Notes: generated by a model not told the origin, from the letters alone. A stretch of 61,313 nt of DNA, filler included, from Sphacelaria rigidula (GCA_964200075.2; 10 parts of 10 records of this genome joined end to end with filler, not necessarily neighbours in it); one strand, 5' to 3'. Numbered from the whole stretch's first letter, positions 1 to 12,994 are shown. Numbers and translations are program-made.

Positions 1-63
1 GTAGGGATGCGAGATCAATGGTCTGATGACTATGGCATGCATGATCATGACCCACCCCCCCCC
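1..63 (+). repeat. LINE-like 3' end, subfamily B, with C-rich tail
   Basis: GGGATGCGAGATCAATGGTC...GGCATGCATGATCATGA followed by a C-run. Matches the reverse complement of 17560-17664 and 37423-37525. Confidence 0.7.
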
Positions 64-80
64 ATCGTAGGGTGACTCGA

Positions 81-662
81 CTGTGATTTGAAACTCAGCA
101 TGGAGAAACACAGAGGTATGCTGAATTAGGGAAAAAAAATGGACCTTTATTTTTCTTCTTGGAGAGGTTCGGATGTTCTCGTAGAAAATTGTCGTTACCA
201 TACTAAAACGCCGTATAACATTGAAAAAAACCAAAAACCAACGCGACCTACTTTCTTGGTTTATCATGCTCTAGCGAGGTCCCACGCTAAATTGTAATAC
301 ACGAACACCAAACGTGGGGTAAGTGGCCTGCATAGTACTGTTCCGAATTTCTACCGACCCCGATACTAAACGGCTCATTCGCCTGCCATCATTCAGAGTT
401 GGATCCTGAAATTTGGTGAGCACAATGAATAGGGCACAAAAATAAATAACGCATGTATCCAAAGTTTTTTTTCCGTCGGTTTCCAGATATCAGTAAAATG
501 CCCTTAACTCATGGGAAAATAAAGTAAATCTTCGAGTACATGCGTAATTTTTGTTGTTGTGCCCTATTCATATTCCATACCAATTTTCAGCGTCAAACTC
601 TGAATATTGGCCGACGAACGGGCCTGCAAGCTACAAATCCGCCTCTAGGCTGATCCAGCTCG
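81..662 (+). mobile_element. Right part of a TA-flanked non-autonomous TIR element (same family as 34097-35615)
   Basis: Colinear with ~34670-35615. Ends CCGCCTCTAGGCTGATCCAGCTCG|TA. Confidence 0.75.
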
Positions 663-3600
663 TACGCACACGGAATAAAAAACTGGAAACACCTCGTTCA
701 ATACGTGCACACGTAGCGGAGGCATCCCACGAGTAAACATGATTCACCGCACATTGTATAAATCTACATGGGTATGGGCGATCGGCCAAATGTTTCTGTT
801 TTGTGGAACAAAAGGAGGGCACTCTCACCGCCAGCCTACAGTACTGGGTGCCGGAACTATTTTTTTTGTATTGTCTTCGTAATAGGCGATTTTCTCAGTT
901 TATTTCGCTTGCCATCGCTGATCAGATTGGGGATCTGAAGATACTTGCATCCGCTCCACATTCCAAGCAAAAAAATAATTTGTACTCAATATTGAGTATC
1001 TTACGGGCCGACCGGTCATCGGGGGGTCCTGACACGTTTTAGCCCAGGTTCCCTCTCTCGGATATTTGTGGTCGATCGAGTCTGTCCCGATCGTATCTGT
1101 GAAGAAATGTACAGGTGTGATTTTTCGAAATGCTCCTTACTCATTGCATGAGAGCCGAAAAACTGTGCTTCCCGGTCAAGAACACTCTCCTGATAAACGG
1201 GGTATCTACCCATATCGTCCGATAAAACCAACTCACACTAACTTGGGCACGGGGGGGAAAAAGACAACCTGGTCATTTCACCAAAATTTACCGACGCTAG
1301 CACTTTCGAGGTCTATCGAAGAGTAATCGCGAGAAAAAAACGTTCTGAACAAAATATAGTTCAGGCGCCCAGTACTGTATGTCAGAGATGTGCTTCCCTC
1401 CTCACGCTTGGATATCCGCTCCGTTTGAAAAAAAATCCGTGGATTTTCGTTTTTCCCATTTTCTTGGTATTTTGGACATTGCGATAGAACATGCGCATGT
1501 CGCTCGGAACGCCCTGGCTGTTCTGGCATAGCCAGGTCCCTCAGAGCGAGTCTTCCCGCAGAGTGGGCTTATCACGACGCAACGAAGAAAAAGACTCCAG
1601 CCGGAACGGCTTGAGACGCCGATGTTTTCAAAGGGTTATTGGGAGGCGGTCGAGGAGTTTACTCGATCAGCACTTGATTGAATAGTATCCGACAGACTCG
1701 TTGCCACCAGTAAATGGTCGTGAGATCGTAAATTGTGTCCTCGCGGGAAAAAGATGAAGCAGCCGATGCGACTGGTTACGAAGCACATAGCACACACACA
1801 CGGGTGCTGTGGGTTTCAGTGGCCTTGCGAAAGTTGAAAGTTGGATGTCGTGGTCGGACTTGGTTTCCCGGTTTGCCATGTCAAAGGTGTGCATTCTTGC
1901 ACATCGCTGGCACAACGCGTGGACAGTGATGACAACATTTTTCACTTCTCCATTTGATTCATGCATCTGACTCGTGATACGTGATCGAAGGCTTCACTAC
2001 CCCTTTTAGACAAGCGCAACATGCATGTGGGGAGAGTTGAGGAGTATCCACCGTTCGTTTTATTCGAAATCCGTCTGCAAATTGGACATCCGGATGTTCG
2101 GATGTTCAGGATATCCGGATATTCGCCATTTTTTTCAATCCACGGATCGATCCGGATAAGGCTGCTGGGAATCCGAAGTCCGTTCCGCTTGAAGAATTTA
2201 AACAGAGCACATCTCCACTATACATTCGCCTGCTCCCTCGGACCGATTTCTTGTCCAGCATGTTGTTGAGTCTCTCGCATAATCATCTCCCGCACATCGC
2301 TGTGTTGCCGCATACTGTGTAGATGGACGGTCGTCCGCAACAACGAATGCCTAGCGAATTTGGCGCGCCGGGCGAAGAGCTGCGGTTGGGCTTCGACGGG
2401 AGGATGGAGGTACGTGTTCCTGGGTGTACGTCCGTGGTGATATTTGTGGTGAACGCGTGGGCTGTTCTCGTCTTCGTTGTTAGCGAAGGGCAGCTCGCAT
2501 TTTGTGCGCACGTAGAGGAGTGCGACATTGCGAAAGATCGCAATCATGAGAGCCGTTGGCTCTATTTTTAGGATTGCTGAAGATAGTACTGTTGAGGGTG
2601 CAAATCGGAGGGTGTCAGCTTCCGAGAAGTTCCTGGTCTATTCGACGACGTTCTTATGACCATGGACAACTTATCCTCGTTTCCTTTACTCCATGTGGGT
2701 ACACTTCATTTAAAACTACGAAGGGTCGGACGAATAAAAATTTCGCTTGGAGATTACTCGATCTTAGTGTAATTGATTCGTACCGTACGAGCAGCCCTTG
2801 GGCTCGTTTTCGGCGTTGCAACCCAGTTACGCGCAGCCCAGGCACGTGGAATGGCGCTAAAAATTCGTGGGAGCCCTTGTGACCAGCGGTCAACTTTTTT
2901 TCTTCTCGAGCAATCAGGCCTGAAAAATCGTGGATTTGGTGATTGGAACCGGCGATGATTGGTCCAAACCGTGAAAAGTATATCCTCAGCGAGCAAATTG
3001 TGCGCTCACGCGACAAGCTCTCTGTTCAGGCGCTATATGTACGCCCACAACCCTGACACGCATGCCTGGTCATTTTTTTTTCCCCATCACGTGAAGCGTT
3101 CCCTGAAACTCTTCATTTTTTTTGCCGTTTGGTCTGACGAGCGTGGGTTACTCCCGGAAAGCGAATTTTATGGAACATGTGTTGTGATTTGAAGCACACA
3201 ACGCAAAAAACTACGCTCGAATCGCCCTCATGGCCGACGAGATCATGTGTGATTTAACCGGCCTCTCGATGTACTCCTACAAACAAGCCACCGTCCTCAA
3301 CAAAAGCAAATAAAATGAAACCCTGCAGAAGTGACGGAGGCGGGGCAAGATGGGAGGAAAGATCTGGATCGGAGTAACCTGGTTTCTGTGATTTCAAAGT
3401 GTGCTAAGGTATAATGCACCCCGACTAATTACTAACAGAGAAGCGTTGCTGCTTGTACACCCTGCCGGTCTGAGGACCCACGTTAGAGCGGTTGGCGTCT
3501 ACTGGAACAGGCAACATCATGGTGACTGCCTTGTGCTGTCATGTTTCTTGGTTATGCGGTCTATCTTCACCGCCACATGCGGCCTGCCGTCTGTACATCA

Positions 3601-3988
3601 TCATTGCGCTGCCACGAAGCTTCGTTGTGTTCGCTAATATTGAGTTGGAATGATTTGACCTGAAATATGAACAGGACCCACCGTTGAGGCCCAAGGGTTC
3701 ACTTTTAGAGCTGAAGGTAAGACGAGGTCACTCTCTCAAAAGGTTTTTTGTAATCTGGTCCACGGTAATACCCATGGAGAAAGGAAACAAAAGGAAGAAA
3801 CGCAACGGAGGAGAGAAGACAACACGCTACTGAACTGTACCGTTCTGAATCGTACTGCATTGTCCTGTATTGTACTGTGCCTTGTTGTACGGCTTTGCCC
3901 ATCTATATACAACCACCTTCAGAATGAGTCACCTGTTGGGCGTCGGCATGATTTTGACTCGAAACAGGAATGGAAGATTTAGATCACC

Positions 3989-5496
3989 CACCGTTATGGG
4001 TGCGCCTGACCCCCCAAAATGAGCAAAAAACGTGTCACCGACCAAAAGCACGAACAGACCGGAGATTTCGTTCATCCCCTGATTATGCACGCCGTAAAAT
4101 CTTCCAAAGTACGTGTGATTTGAGTGGGGTTTCCACTTGACGATGTCCCACTTTCGTCGTCCCAAACTACGAACCACGGCATGCCTCGGCTACCCACCGG
4201 CGTGTGTATATCCACGCTACAATCTGACCGGATGGTTTTACCAAAGAAGTTTTGGCGACATTTAAATAAAAAATAAAACATGTTTTCCCCGCTTAATTCA
4301 TTATATAATATAACTCGGGTTCTCATGGAGAAAAAAAATCCAGTCGGTCAGGTTGTAGCTGTTGTCTTTGCGCAGATGATGCAAAAAATCGCATTTTAAT
4401 CGATGGCCTCGCCGATTAGCCTCGCCGATTAGTAATCGGGGCAACAGTTTGGGCTATGAGCGCAAAAGAGCGCCTCCAACCCTCGCCGGTTTCCACAACA
4501 CGCGAAAACCTCACCCCTGTCCAACGGCCTCAGAAAAGATGACACCCATAAGTGACTCCTGATAGTGCAGATAGCTGATACATCGGATATGTGGAATATT
4601 CGACAGGTGAAGAATTTAAAGCTTCGACCGAACCCCCAGAAGCAAGAGACATCTTCGCGACCTCGCAGCAGCGAAGAGAACAAATTTTAAAGCTAACCCT
4701 AACCCCAACCACAACGAAGGCGTACCAAGAACCCCCCCGCACAACAAATACACTTGCACAAGGCGAGCCATTCATCCGCCAAAAATTGTGCAACGATGGC
4801 ATCCGATAAATCAAGCTCCTCAAAACATGATGAGGTGGTTGACCAACACCCGCCCAGCCCACATCACACACCCGGTGATTATTTGTACTCCACTCGTCTG
4901 TGTCAGGGCCGTTCTTGTTGAAGTTCTGTCGCATGTTGAGCACATGACGTTGGGCCGAATTTCGACGTATCCCCCTCAACTAGTTCAGCATCTTGGTTTC
5001 AGTTACCGGCGTTGGGCTACGAATGCCCGTGGTGGATATTACTTGATTTGAGTATGTACAACGAGAATCGGATTCTAGTAGGGCTGACAGTCCCGTGTGC
5101 TTCTCGGGTGCGCACAACGCGTTTTCGTTTGGGGTCTACCAAGGCCTCACTTTGTTCAGAGGATGTACGTTCTCGGTGTGCGTTGGGTTGGGTCAATCCA
5201 ACTAACCTCCTTGCATTCCAGCGTATCGCAAGCGCGGACGAAAAGCGACGCAGTGGCATGTAATGTATGAGGAACGACAACGGAAATAAGGGTAGGGTTC
5301 TGATTTTAGAATGCAGTCCACTTTTTCTCGATATGCGTTTTGGATCCATGCCGTTATCTTTCTATGGCGTAAGGCATATTTTTCCCCACGAGCCTGGACA
5401 AGCCCCAGAAGTCGGTCTGTTCGTGTCTGTTCGTGATATTGGTCGGTGACACTTTTTTTTGCCCATTTCGGGGGGTCAGGCGCACCCATAACTGTG
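3989..5496. mobile_element. Non-autonomous DNA transposon with long TIRs and CAC...GTG termini
   Basis: Left end CACCGTTATGGGTGCGCCTGACCCCCCAAAATGAGCAAAAAACGTGTCACCGACCAA versus right end reverse complement CACAGTTATGGGTGCGCCTGACCCCCCGAAATGGGCAAAAAAAAGTGTCACCGACCAA. No clean TSD. Confidence 0.75.
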
Positions 5497-5872
5497 CAGG
5501 CTCACAAGCTTCAACTTTAGAGCTGGCGTCAGGAAAGGGTGACGCTCTCCAAAGGTCTGATGTAATCTGATTATTGGTGATACCCACAGAAAAAAGGAAG
5601 GGCCGCAGCGAGGGGGTAGATAAGCGAACACTGCACTGTACCGTTGAGCTTTTGTCCTGCACTCTACTACTGTTGTACTCTCGATCTTTGTTAGGCTTTG
5701 TCTATAGTCACCCCCAGGGTGGGTCATCTGCACCGGCAAAAATTCGACTCGAAAAGTGAAAACTGATGCGTGGATAGTACGACCGTGAGCAATGCGCCTG
5801 CGGCAGTATGTGTGATGCGCGTGGAAGGCCTTCTGGGGTTTCACGGGACGGATCATTTGTTCCACCTGGCTA

Positions 5873-6042
5873 CGAGCTGGGCCAGCCTAAAAACGGATTT
5901 GAGCTCTAAAAGCAATATCTCATCGACACAGACGAGTTTGGCCGTGATCCGCATATCGTATTAATTGTCTAACCAAGAGGAATGTGCCCATCTGCTCAAA
6001 AGTTCGGGCCCACATTTTCTCGTTGATTAAACCCCATGTCTA
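5873..6042 (+). mobile_element. Left end of a TA-flanked TIR element, truncated by contig end
   Basis: TA|CGAGCTGGGCCAGCCTAAAACGG...; colinear with 34097-34250. Confidence 0.8.
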
Positions 6043-6142
6043 NNNNNNNNNNNNNNNNNNNNNNNNNNNNNNNNNNNNNNNNNNNNTTAATTAATTAANN
6101 NNNNNNNNNNNNNNNNNNNNNNNNNNNNNNNNNNNNNNNNNN
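6043..6142. other. Artificial contig-joining spacer (N44-TTAATTAATTAA-N44); repeated at 12185-12284, 18327-18426, 24468-24567, 30609-30708, 36750-36849, 42891-42990, 49032-49131, 55173-55272
   Basis: Identical 100-nt block containing a six-frame stop linker, recurring every 6141-6142 nt. Confidence 0.98.
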
Positions 6143-6202
6143 GCACTCTGTGACCACGGGTTCGAGAGATCAAGCTAATGTGATGCATATAATAATAATA
6201 TT
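6143..6202 (+). repeat. Non-LTR retroelement 3' end with (AAT)n tail
   Basis: GACCACGGGTTCGAGAGATCAAGCTAATGTG followed by AAT repeats. A second copy is at 12285-12360. Confidence 0.55.
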
Positions 6203-6424
6203 AATACTATATGTGAGGGTTGGGAGCTAAGATGAGTTGATCCCTTGAGGGAGACCACAGACTAGTCCCGAGGAAGGGGAAGGGTTCAACGTGTGAGGAA
6301 TGAAGACGAATACATGGAAAATATAGAAAACAAATCGCGGGACCGTCAGGCTGACAAGCTAAATAACGAACATTCCACTATGGACACGTGCAGGCGGGCG
6401 GTTGATCATGATAAGGTTGTTTTC

Positions 6425-6990
6425 TGTAGGGTACAGTTGTTGTTCTCACGCGCTATTTTCCTGGGTAATTACCGTACCCAACAGCTCTGGGACTTCCGTA
6501 ACACTTGAATACCGGTACCAGACCGTTCTGTACACTTCAGAAGACTTTCATGCTACCCCCCGATAGTTCTGTGACTCCCGTAAGCCTCTCGTACCGTCAC
6601 CGGGTGCACGGGTATGCTCTTGATAAAATACCCGGTTATGGGTACGGATTTTTTGCACAATCTCCATACCCGACCCGACAGTTCCTGTGACTTCTGTAAG
6701 CCTCCCATACCTCTACCCGACAGTTCTGTGACTTCTGTACAGAATGTATACCCGTACCTTGCCGTACCCGGAGCGTCGGTATGCTCATGAAGAAACACCC
6801 GATCGCTGGTACGGTTTTCTTCAAGTCTCCCATATCCTACCCGACAAGTCGTGTGATTCCTGCAAGACTTTCAAACCGTACCCGGCAGTTTTGTAATTTC
6901 TGTCAGACTTTCATACCGTCCCCCGATATTAAGGTGAGCGACGGAAGGAATATCATATTCTACAGAAATTATCCGTACGTTACAAAAAGC
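6425..6990 (+). repeat. Degenerate tandem array of ~35-40 bp units (ACCGTACCCGACAGTTCTGTGACTTCTGTAAGAC-like)
   Basis: Recurrent CCGTACCC / CAGTTCTGTGACTTCTGTA motifs at approximately 6472, 6513, 6555, 6672, 6715, 6838 and 6876. Confidence 0.7.
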
Positions 6991-8910
6991 ACCTTCGATT
7001 ATTTTGCATGCGCAATTCCGGTGGTGTCAAGCTCACATCTATGTGGAGTCTATGTTCACTTGGAAAACGAAGGAGTACCCTATCCAGATGACCTGCCCGC
7101 ATGACTCGCGCTGGACTAGGCGGCGCCGGTCAAGATTAATACTTGGGACGATTGGACACTGTCTGTACCGTCGTACACAGTCGGTGGTGAGTTTTGCTGG
7201 ATGTTGCACTGGTCCACAGTAGAAAGGAGTCCCATGAAGTGACGGTGTATAACACCCCCTCTATTGGTGATGAGTTTTCCAACCCCAGCTTCATTGGGGA
7301 GCTGGACCCTACATTTACTTACCACATGCTTCATCAGATAGGATCAGTCAAGTGCTGTCCAGGTTCATATTCTAATTTCTTGTTCGCCTCACGCGAGACA
7401 ACGAAGAATGTACGAAAATTTCGTACGGATGTTACCCCTCACCACCTACTGGAGTACCTCACGAAGGAATTGCTTCAGGAGCTTCGGTCACCCTCACCTT
7501 TCCAGCTTTCCTAGCTGGGTTGCCGATGAGAATTTCTTGCCCTTGAATCCCACACCGTAGCTTGAGTCTGTTGTCTTGCCTAGCAGCCTTCACCTGCCCT
7601 CCTGCACCTACAGCACAGCTGGGGTGGAGTGCTACGCGAGATTTAGCGTCACGGTATTCAACACCCCTCAAAACAGGACCCAACGGAGGCAAAGAAGTGG
7701 ATAAAGCATGAAAATACAATACTGTTGATACCCGAATGTATTTTGCCCATGAAGTATGAAGCCAGCAATGCCTGGCTCAATGTCACAGAGTTCAGCACAA
7801 GCACCAGCAACGGATGGATGTCTCTCTCGGGGGTCTACCCGCAGAATTATTGCTGTTCGTAATGCAGAAAATGACCACATTTTTTGTAATGTATTTCAAT
7901 GCGTTCAAACTAATTCAATGCAGAGATTATCCTTTGGGTGTGGAGCCTCCAAAATGATCGTCCAACCTATCGGCCACGAGAAAAATATTTTACCCAAATC
8001 AGCGATAACTTTATTCAAGACGATCGGTTTCGTGCACAGTACATAGCAATCGCCGTGCTCAACAACGAATGTGCGCCAACAGTCGTACCCATCAACTTCA
8101 ACTTCACAGTGTTATTCCTCGCTTACAATTTACCATAATACCAACTCATGACCTCATGACGGCGCGTGCCTTGAGTGGGCGCGTGCCACATACAGGCAAT
8201 CGGATACAAGCAATCCAACTACAAGATCAGCCTGACGTGCCGTGCTGTGGCCAATCGAAGCGCCCGTGGAAATGTGCCTAGCTGCACGGCCGAGAATGCA
8301 CAGACCAGTCCAGAGATTCCTCAAAGAGTATCCAAGAACACACATATCTACTTTAAAATCACACATTCGACTAGAATCTTTTCATACCCGCCGGTCGTTT
8401 CTGGGGGCCACCGACAAATCTCAAAAGAACCACTTTATTTCACGCATTCGGTCATTTACCATCACACCAACCAGACCGCCGAATTCCTCGAATGGGGTAC
8501 TGTACGGTAGCTGCATGCACAGGACATGTGCTCAAGCAAAAAAAAAAAGTCGGCTGTTAGGAACGCTAGAGCATCCACTCTGAATCTGAAACTACGTTCT
8601 AAATCTCACCAATATAGTGTTATATGCTCGTTTTTAATTATGTGTTGCCGAGCTACACACTAGTGTCTGTGTACGTGGATTGATTCGGGTACATGCGGGG
8701 CAGATTGACGATATATGCCTTGTATATATGCCTTGTATGCGGGCAATAAGGGTTCCGGCTACAGGAGTAAGAAAAAAGGAGGCGGGAAGTCGCAGACATC
8801 CCCGGCTGGATCAAGTGATGGAAATGCACAGTCGGGTGGAAAAGCAGGGGGTGACGGTAGTTCCTGGGGTAAGAAGAAAGCCGTAGAGAAGAAACACCTC
8901 ATCTGTTACG

Positions 8911-9163
8911 GAGCAATGCTACGATAGGGGTTGCACTTTTTGTTTCTGGGTTTCGTTTTTGTAGGAGCTCAAATATATGGACCTTACTGTGCAGCCCAAA
9001 TCTCCGGGGACAGGACATGGAGATGCACACAGGGGCCTTTTCGTGAATCGGCATCGTTTTCAGTCTTTTTCAAATGAAAATGATGCCAATTCTCAAAATG
9101 ATCCGTGCAACACCCCGAGAAACATTTTCGCTCAAAACGTGCAACCCTACCGTAGCACCACTC
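8911..9163. mobile_element. ~250-bp MITE (GAG...CTC) inserted in the Copia gag zinc knuckle
   Basis: TIRs GAGCAATGCTACGATAGGGGTTGCAC / rc GAGTGGTGCTACGGTAGGGTTGCAC. Flanks TACG/TACA. Removal restores ICYKCGKTGH. Confidence 0.9.
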
Positions 9164-10184
9164 TACAAGTGTGGCAAAACTGGCCATTAGTCCGAGTGCC
9201 CAGAACGTGTTTGCGAGGTGTGCGGAGGAAAAGCATATTCAAAAAGAGCTCCACAAAAAAATGGTCGCAATGTGCACGTCTGGCGCTTTTAAGGACTCAG
9301 TAGGCTTTGGTTTCAAAGCAGTCGAGACTGACGAATCCGCGTCTGCAGCAGATGGTACACGAAGGGACTCCCCAGTTCTTGACGACAAGGGGTTTGGGTT
9401 GCAGACAGGCTGCAACATGTCATATGACCCCTTCGCGTGACTGCATGTACTACTATAAGCCTTGCCTTGATCGTTCGGTAACGGTGGCTAACAGTCATAA
9501 GGCGCCGATTTTGGGCTTCGGAAAAATCTTGTTGTCGACAGGTAGTGGCGAAGACAAGTTAACATTCAGTATCAAGCGCGTGGCAGATGTGCCTGATCTG
9601 GAAGTAAACCCTTTTCCCCTGCAGAGTATAGTGGTTGAGCATGGTTTGCCGATTAGTCTGACGAGAGAGGGCACTGAAATCACGCTGCCCGGTGAGGAGA
9701 AACTGCTTTTTGAGAAGGACGACAGGAACGATGTCGTGACCGCAACCCGCCGTAGCCTGCCATCCAATCATTCGTCGAAAGCCCATCATTCTGACCCCGA
9801 TGAATCCGCGCGAGCTGTCCTTGCCCCGGGCAAGATGCCTGTTGAACGCAATCAGGTGGACATATATTTTGTTTCACCAGTCACACAGGCACCTGCACGA
9901 AGGTTTGTTACGAGAAACGGCGAAACAGCTGGGGTGACACTGGTAGGCAAGTTACACGAATATAAAGGCTGCTCAATAGCGAAGGGGATGCAGAAACCCA
10001 TCCCTGCGTCCACCACTACGCGTGCAGCTAAGCCTTTTGCGCATGTCTTCATGGATGCGTCTGGCCCGGAATTGGTCGGGAGTGCAGGTGGCATGAAGTA
10101 CACTTCTCTCATCCGTGATGATTTCGCCCGGAAAATCTGGGTGTATTTCGGGAAAAATAAGCCTGACACCACGAGGGCGATGGA

Positions 10185-10434
10185 GACTAATGCCGAGATA
10201 GCCCCCCCATAAAAACTGCACCGGAGATTGTCCGACAAACCGGCTGCGATCCCACTATTGGGCTGGTTAGCAGCAATTTCACCCGCATGAGAGGCGAGTG
10301 GCAGTTCGATATCAGCTCTAAAGCCCAAATGAGTCGAGGCGTGCACCACGAAACCAGCTGTAACGGCATTTGTGATCATCGCTTCCGTGCACTTTTTTGG
10401 CCAGTTCGGGGGGGGGGCTATCTCGGTAGCAGTC
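10185..10434. mobile_element. ~250-bp MITE (GAC...GTC) inserted in the Copia integrase
   Basis: TIRs GACTAATGCCGAGATAGCCCCCCC / rc GACTGCTACCGAGATAGCCCCCCC. Removing it with one 4-bp flank restores TRAMEQYLADVG. Close paralog at 43517-43769. Confidence 0.9.
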
Positions 10435-12116
10435 TTAAGCAATACCTGGCTGATGTGGGATCACAGTGCATTCGTTCCCTCAGTTGTAGAGACCGTAAGA
10501 TCTGACGGTGGTGGAGAGTTCTCAGGTTCTTTCAGTGATCTGTGTCGTGAGCGTGGCATAAGGAAAGAGAACACCCCAGCAGACAGTCCCGTGTGCAATG
10601 ATGTTGCCGAACGGGCAATCGCGATGATTGAGAAAGTCGGTGTGACAGCTAGGATTCAGGCAAAGGTACTGTATGGCGTGAATGTTCCGGCAAGGATGTG
10701 GGCTGAGTCGTATCGCTGGGCAGCAGATGCGTTGAACCGTTCTACTACCACTGCTAACCCTGTGAAGGAGTCCCCAGATGAGGTGTTTTACGGTGAAGTG
10801 CCTGGAGCCAAGCTTCTCCCTTTCTTCAAGCCAGGATACTGTAGATATAAGAGGACGTCGAAGTGTATGCCGGAAGCACAGCAATGTTTTTACTTAGGGC
10901 CTGGCTACAACACTACCCTCGTGATACCATGATAATTCAGATGAAAGGTAGATATGTAATCACTACTCGGGATGTTCCTTGGCAGCGCTCACCCCCCCAT
11001 AATCGCAGCAAGCGGTTCCGTTTTCTATGTCGGGAGGGGAAAACTCACAGGATGTGGAGAGAGGGGAGGGCGATGTCGAGAGGTCTGATTCTGACTCTGA
11101 CAAGTCGGATCTCGGCACTGGGGGGGTTCCGGTTGGTGCTTTGTCGGAGGAACCTAAACGTGTGGCAGATGGGATGGTGGAACCTAAGGAGGAGCGAGGC
11201 GGCAACAACGGCAAAGAGTCTGGCCAGCAGCCGTCTGCTTCGTCTTCATCCTCTAATGATGGTCTTTCGGAGACATCATCTGTCGGCGGCGGCGGGGATG
11301 CAGCGAATCAGCCTGACTCGGTTGAGCCGACACTTGGCCGGACAAGGCAACAGACACGTGCCTTGCTGCAGCAGCGTCAGGAGCAGCGACTTCAACAGCA
11401 AGTTCCAGACCTGCGGGAGCATTAGCGTGATCATAATGCGTTGTGGACAGCCACGGATGATTTGTGGGCTACGTAACAGATCCTAGCTCAGCTGGCAAGC
11501 ACGGAGGACCCAAGGCACTCAGGGGAGTCTAGGTTGGAGTGGATCTCATACGGGACACTTGATGAGATTGAGTTAGCCCCCAAATCGGTGGAGGATGTGT
11601 ACAGTTCGAAGTACAAAAGTGTATGGTTGGACGCGATGAAGAAGGAAGTAGAGGGGCTAGAACGCAATAACACGTGGACCGTAATTGACTCACCCCCGTT
11701 TGGAGAAAAATCAGTTGATTCGAAGTGGGTTTTTCAGTGAAAAACCAATGATCGTGGTGACGTGATGAAGGCTAAGGCTCGTCTGGTTTTTAGGGGTGAT
11801 CGGCAAGAAATTTGCGACACTCCGACGTTCTCACAAACCCCACTCACTACGACTAACCAAGTCGCTGCAGCGGTAGCTTGCGCAGAGGGAAATACGATTT
11901 TTCATTTTGACGTTGAGCAAGATTTCGTTCAGTCCGAACTAGAGGATGACGTGTACATGAGGCTACCGCCAGGTTTGGGTGAAGGATCTGACACTGTCGT
12001 GCATTTGCGCAAGTCGCTTTATGGCTTGAAGCAAGCTGCTAGAGAGTGGTACGGGAAACTGGGGAAAGCTATGACCGTTTGGGGTTCGAGCAGAGTTGGG
12101 TAGATCCGTGTGTGTT

Positions 12117-12184
12117 GAGTCATCCTACGATAGCGGGGGGGGGGTATTTTGGGCCATTTGTTGCTCGAAATTTCGAGTCAGATC
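12117..12184. mobile_element. Left end of a GAG-terminus MITE inserted in Copia RT, truncated by contig end
   Basis: GAGTCATCCTACGATAGCGGGG begins immediately after the DPCV codons, in the same TIR register as the other copies. Confidence 0.7.
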
Positions 12185-12284
12185 NNNNNNNNNNNNNNNN
12201 NNNNNNNNNNNNNNNNNNNNNNNNNNNNTTAATTAATTAANNNNNNNNNNNNNNNNNNNNNNNNNNNNNNNNNNNNNNNNNNNN

Positions 12285-12360
12285 TGGAAAGGTGAGCCTA
12301 CGTCTGCGACCACGGGTTCGCGAGATCGGACTAATGTGCGGAAATAATAATAATAATAAA
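12285..12360 (+). repeat. Non-LTR retroelement 3' end with (AAT)n tail
   Basis: GACCACGGGTTCGCGAGATCGGACTAATGTG followed by (AAT)n; matches 6143-6202. Confidence 0.55.
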
Positions 12361-12807
12361 CGCTCAGGTGCTGATATAGTTGTGCGTCGCAAGTTCAAGG
12401 TCAACCGTATTCGATATATTAGTTTTCATTGCCCTACACGTCCATTTCGGTCAGGCCCTTCACCCCTCGTGCAGGCACAATATCCAGAACACCTATCACA
12501 AAAGGGTCGATCTGACTCCAATACAAAACGTTGACCTTCAGCACGGTTATCCCTACCCATGGCGAAGAAACAATACCACCATTGTATCTAAAGTGTTACC
12601 TCTGTGACTTCAGTCGCTGACTCCTTGTAGTCTACTCGCAAGGACTGTTCAGCTCTCTCACAACGATCTCGCCCTTTTGATAATTACACTCACCGCGACA
12701 CACATTATCTCGTAGTTCCCTCAATCAAGCGCTCTGCCCCATTATACCCATTGCATCTCTCGCTTGTGGTATCGTCAGTGTCCGAGATCGACACCCCAAC
12801 TGCTTAC

Positions 12808-12994
12808 CTAGCGTCATTCCCCCGTAGACTCGCGTCTGGGGTGAAGGGCGGGCACACGTACGGCATAGACCTTGGTGCCGACGAGGATGATGTAGTTCGT
12901 GGTTCTGCATTTTTGGCGGGGGACACGAAAGTGGGAGTTGTGGAGGAGGGGTGAGGAGCGGTTACGGGGCGTTTCGGTTTACTGCAATTGATAC
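12808..12994 (-). CDS. Exon D of the same gene
   Basis: Acceptor AAACAG|, donor |GTAAGC, 187 nt (GINCSKPKRP...LRGNDAR), phase 1 to 2. Confidence 0.6.

Larger units (their letters stand above)
8727..12116 (+). mobile_element. Decayed Ty1/Copia LTR retrotransposon internal region (gag-PR-INT-RT), interrupted by MITEs and truncated
   Basis: Gag knuckle ICY|KCGKTGH*SEC; protease-like AATCHMT (~9410); integrase HVFMDASGP, IRDDFARKIWVYF, VRSDGGGEF, NDVAERAI; RT WLDAMKKEVEGLERNNTW, KAKARLVFRGDRQ, HFDVEQDFVQSELEDDVYMRLPPG, LRKSLYGLKQAAREW, DPCV. INT before RT is the Copia order. Several stops and frameshifts. Confidence 0.95.

Noticed and set aside
7000..8560. Cluster of short overlapping ORFs
   Set aside because: No recognisable motif in any frame and frequent stops.
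8643..8740. 5' LTR of the Copia element (starts TGTTG)
   Set aside because: No second LTR, PBS or TSD is available in the contig to confirm it.
9852..10442. 196-aa minus-strand ORF resembling ORF 43478-44002 as a gene family
   Set aside because: The similarity comes only from the shared non-coding MITE; the rest is antisense to Copia integrase.
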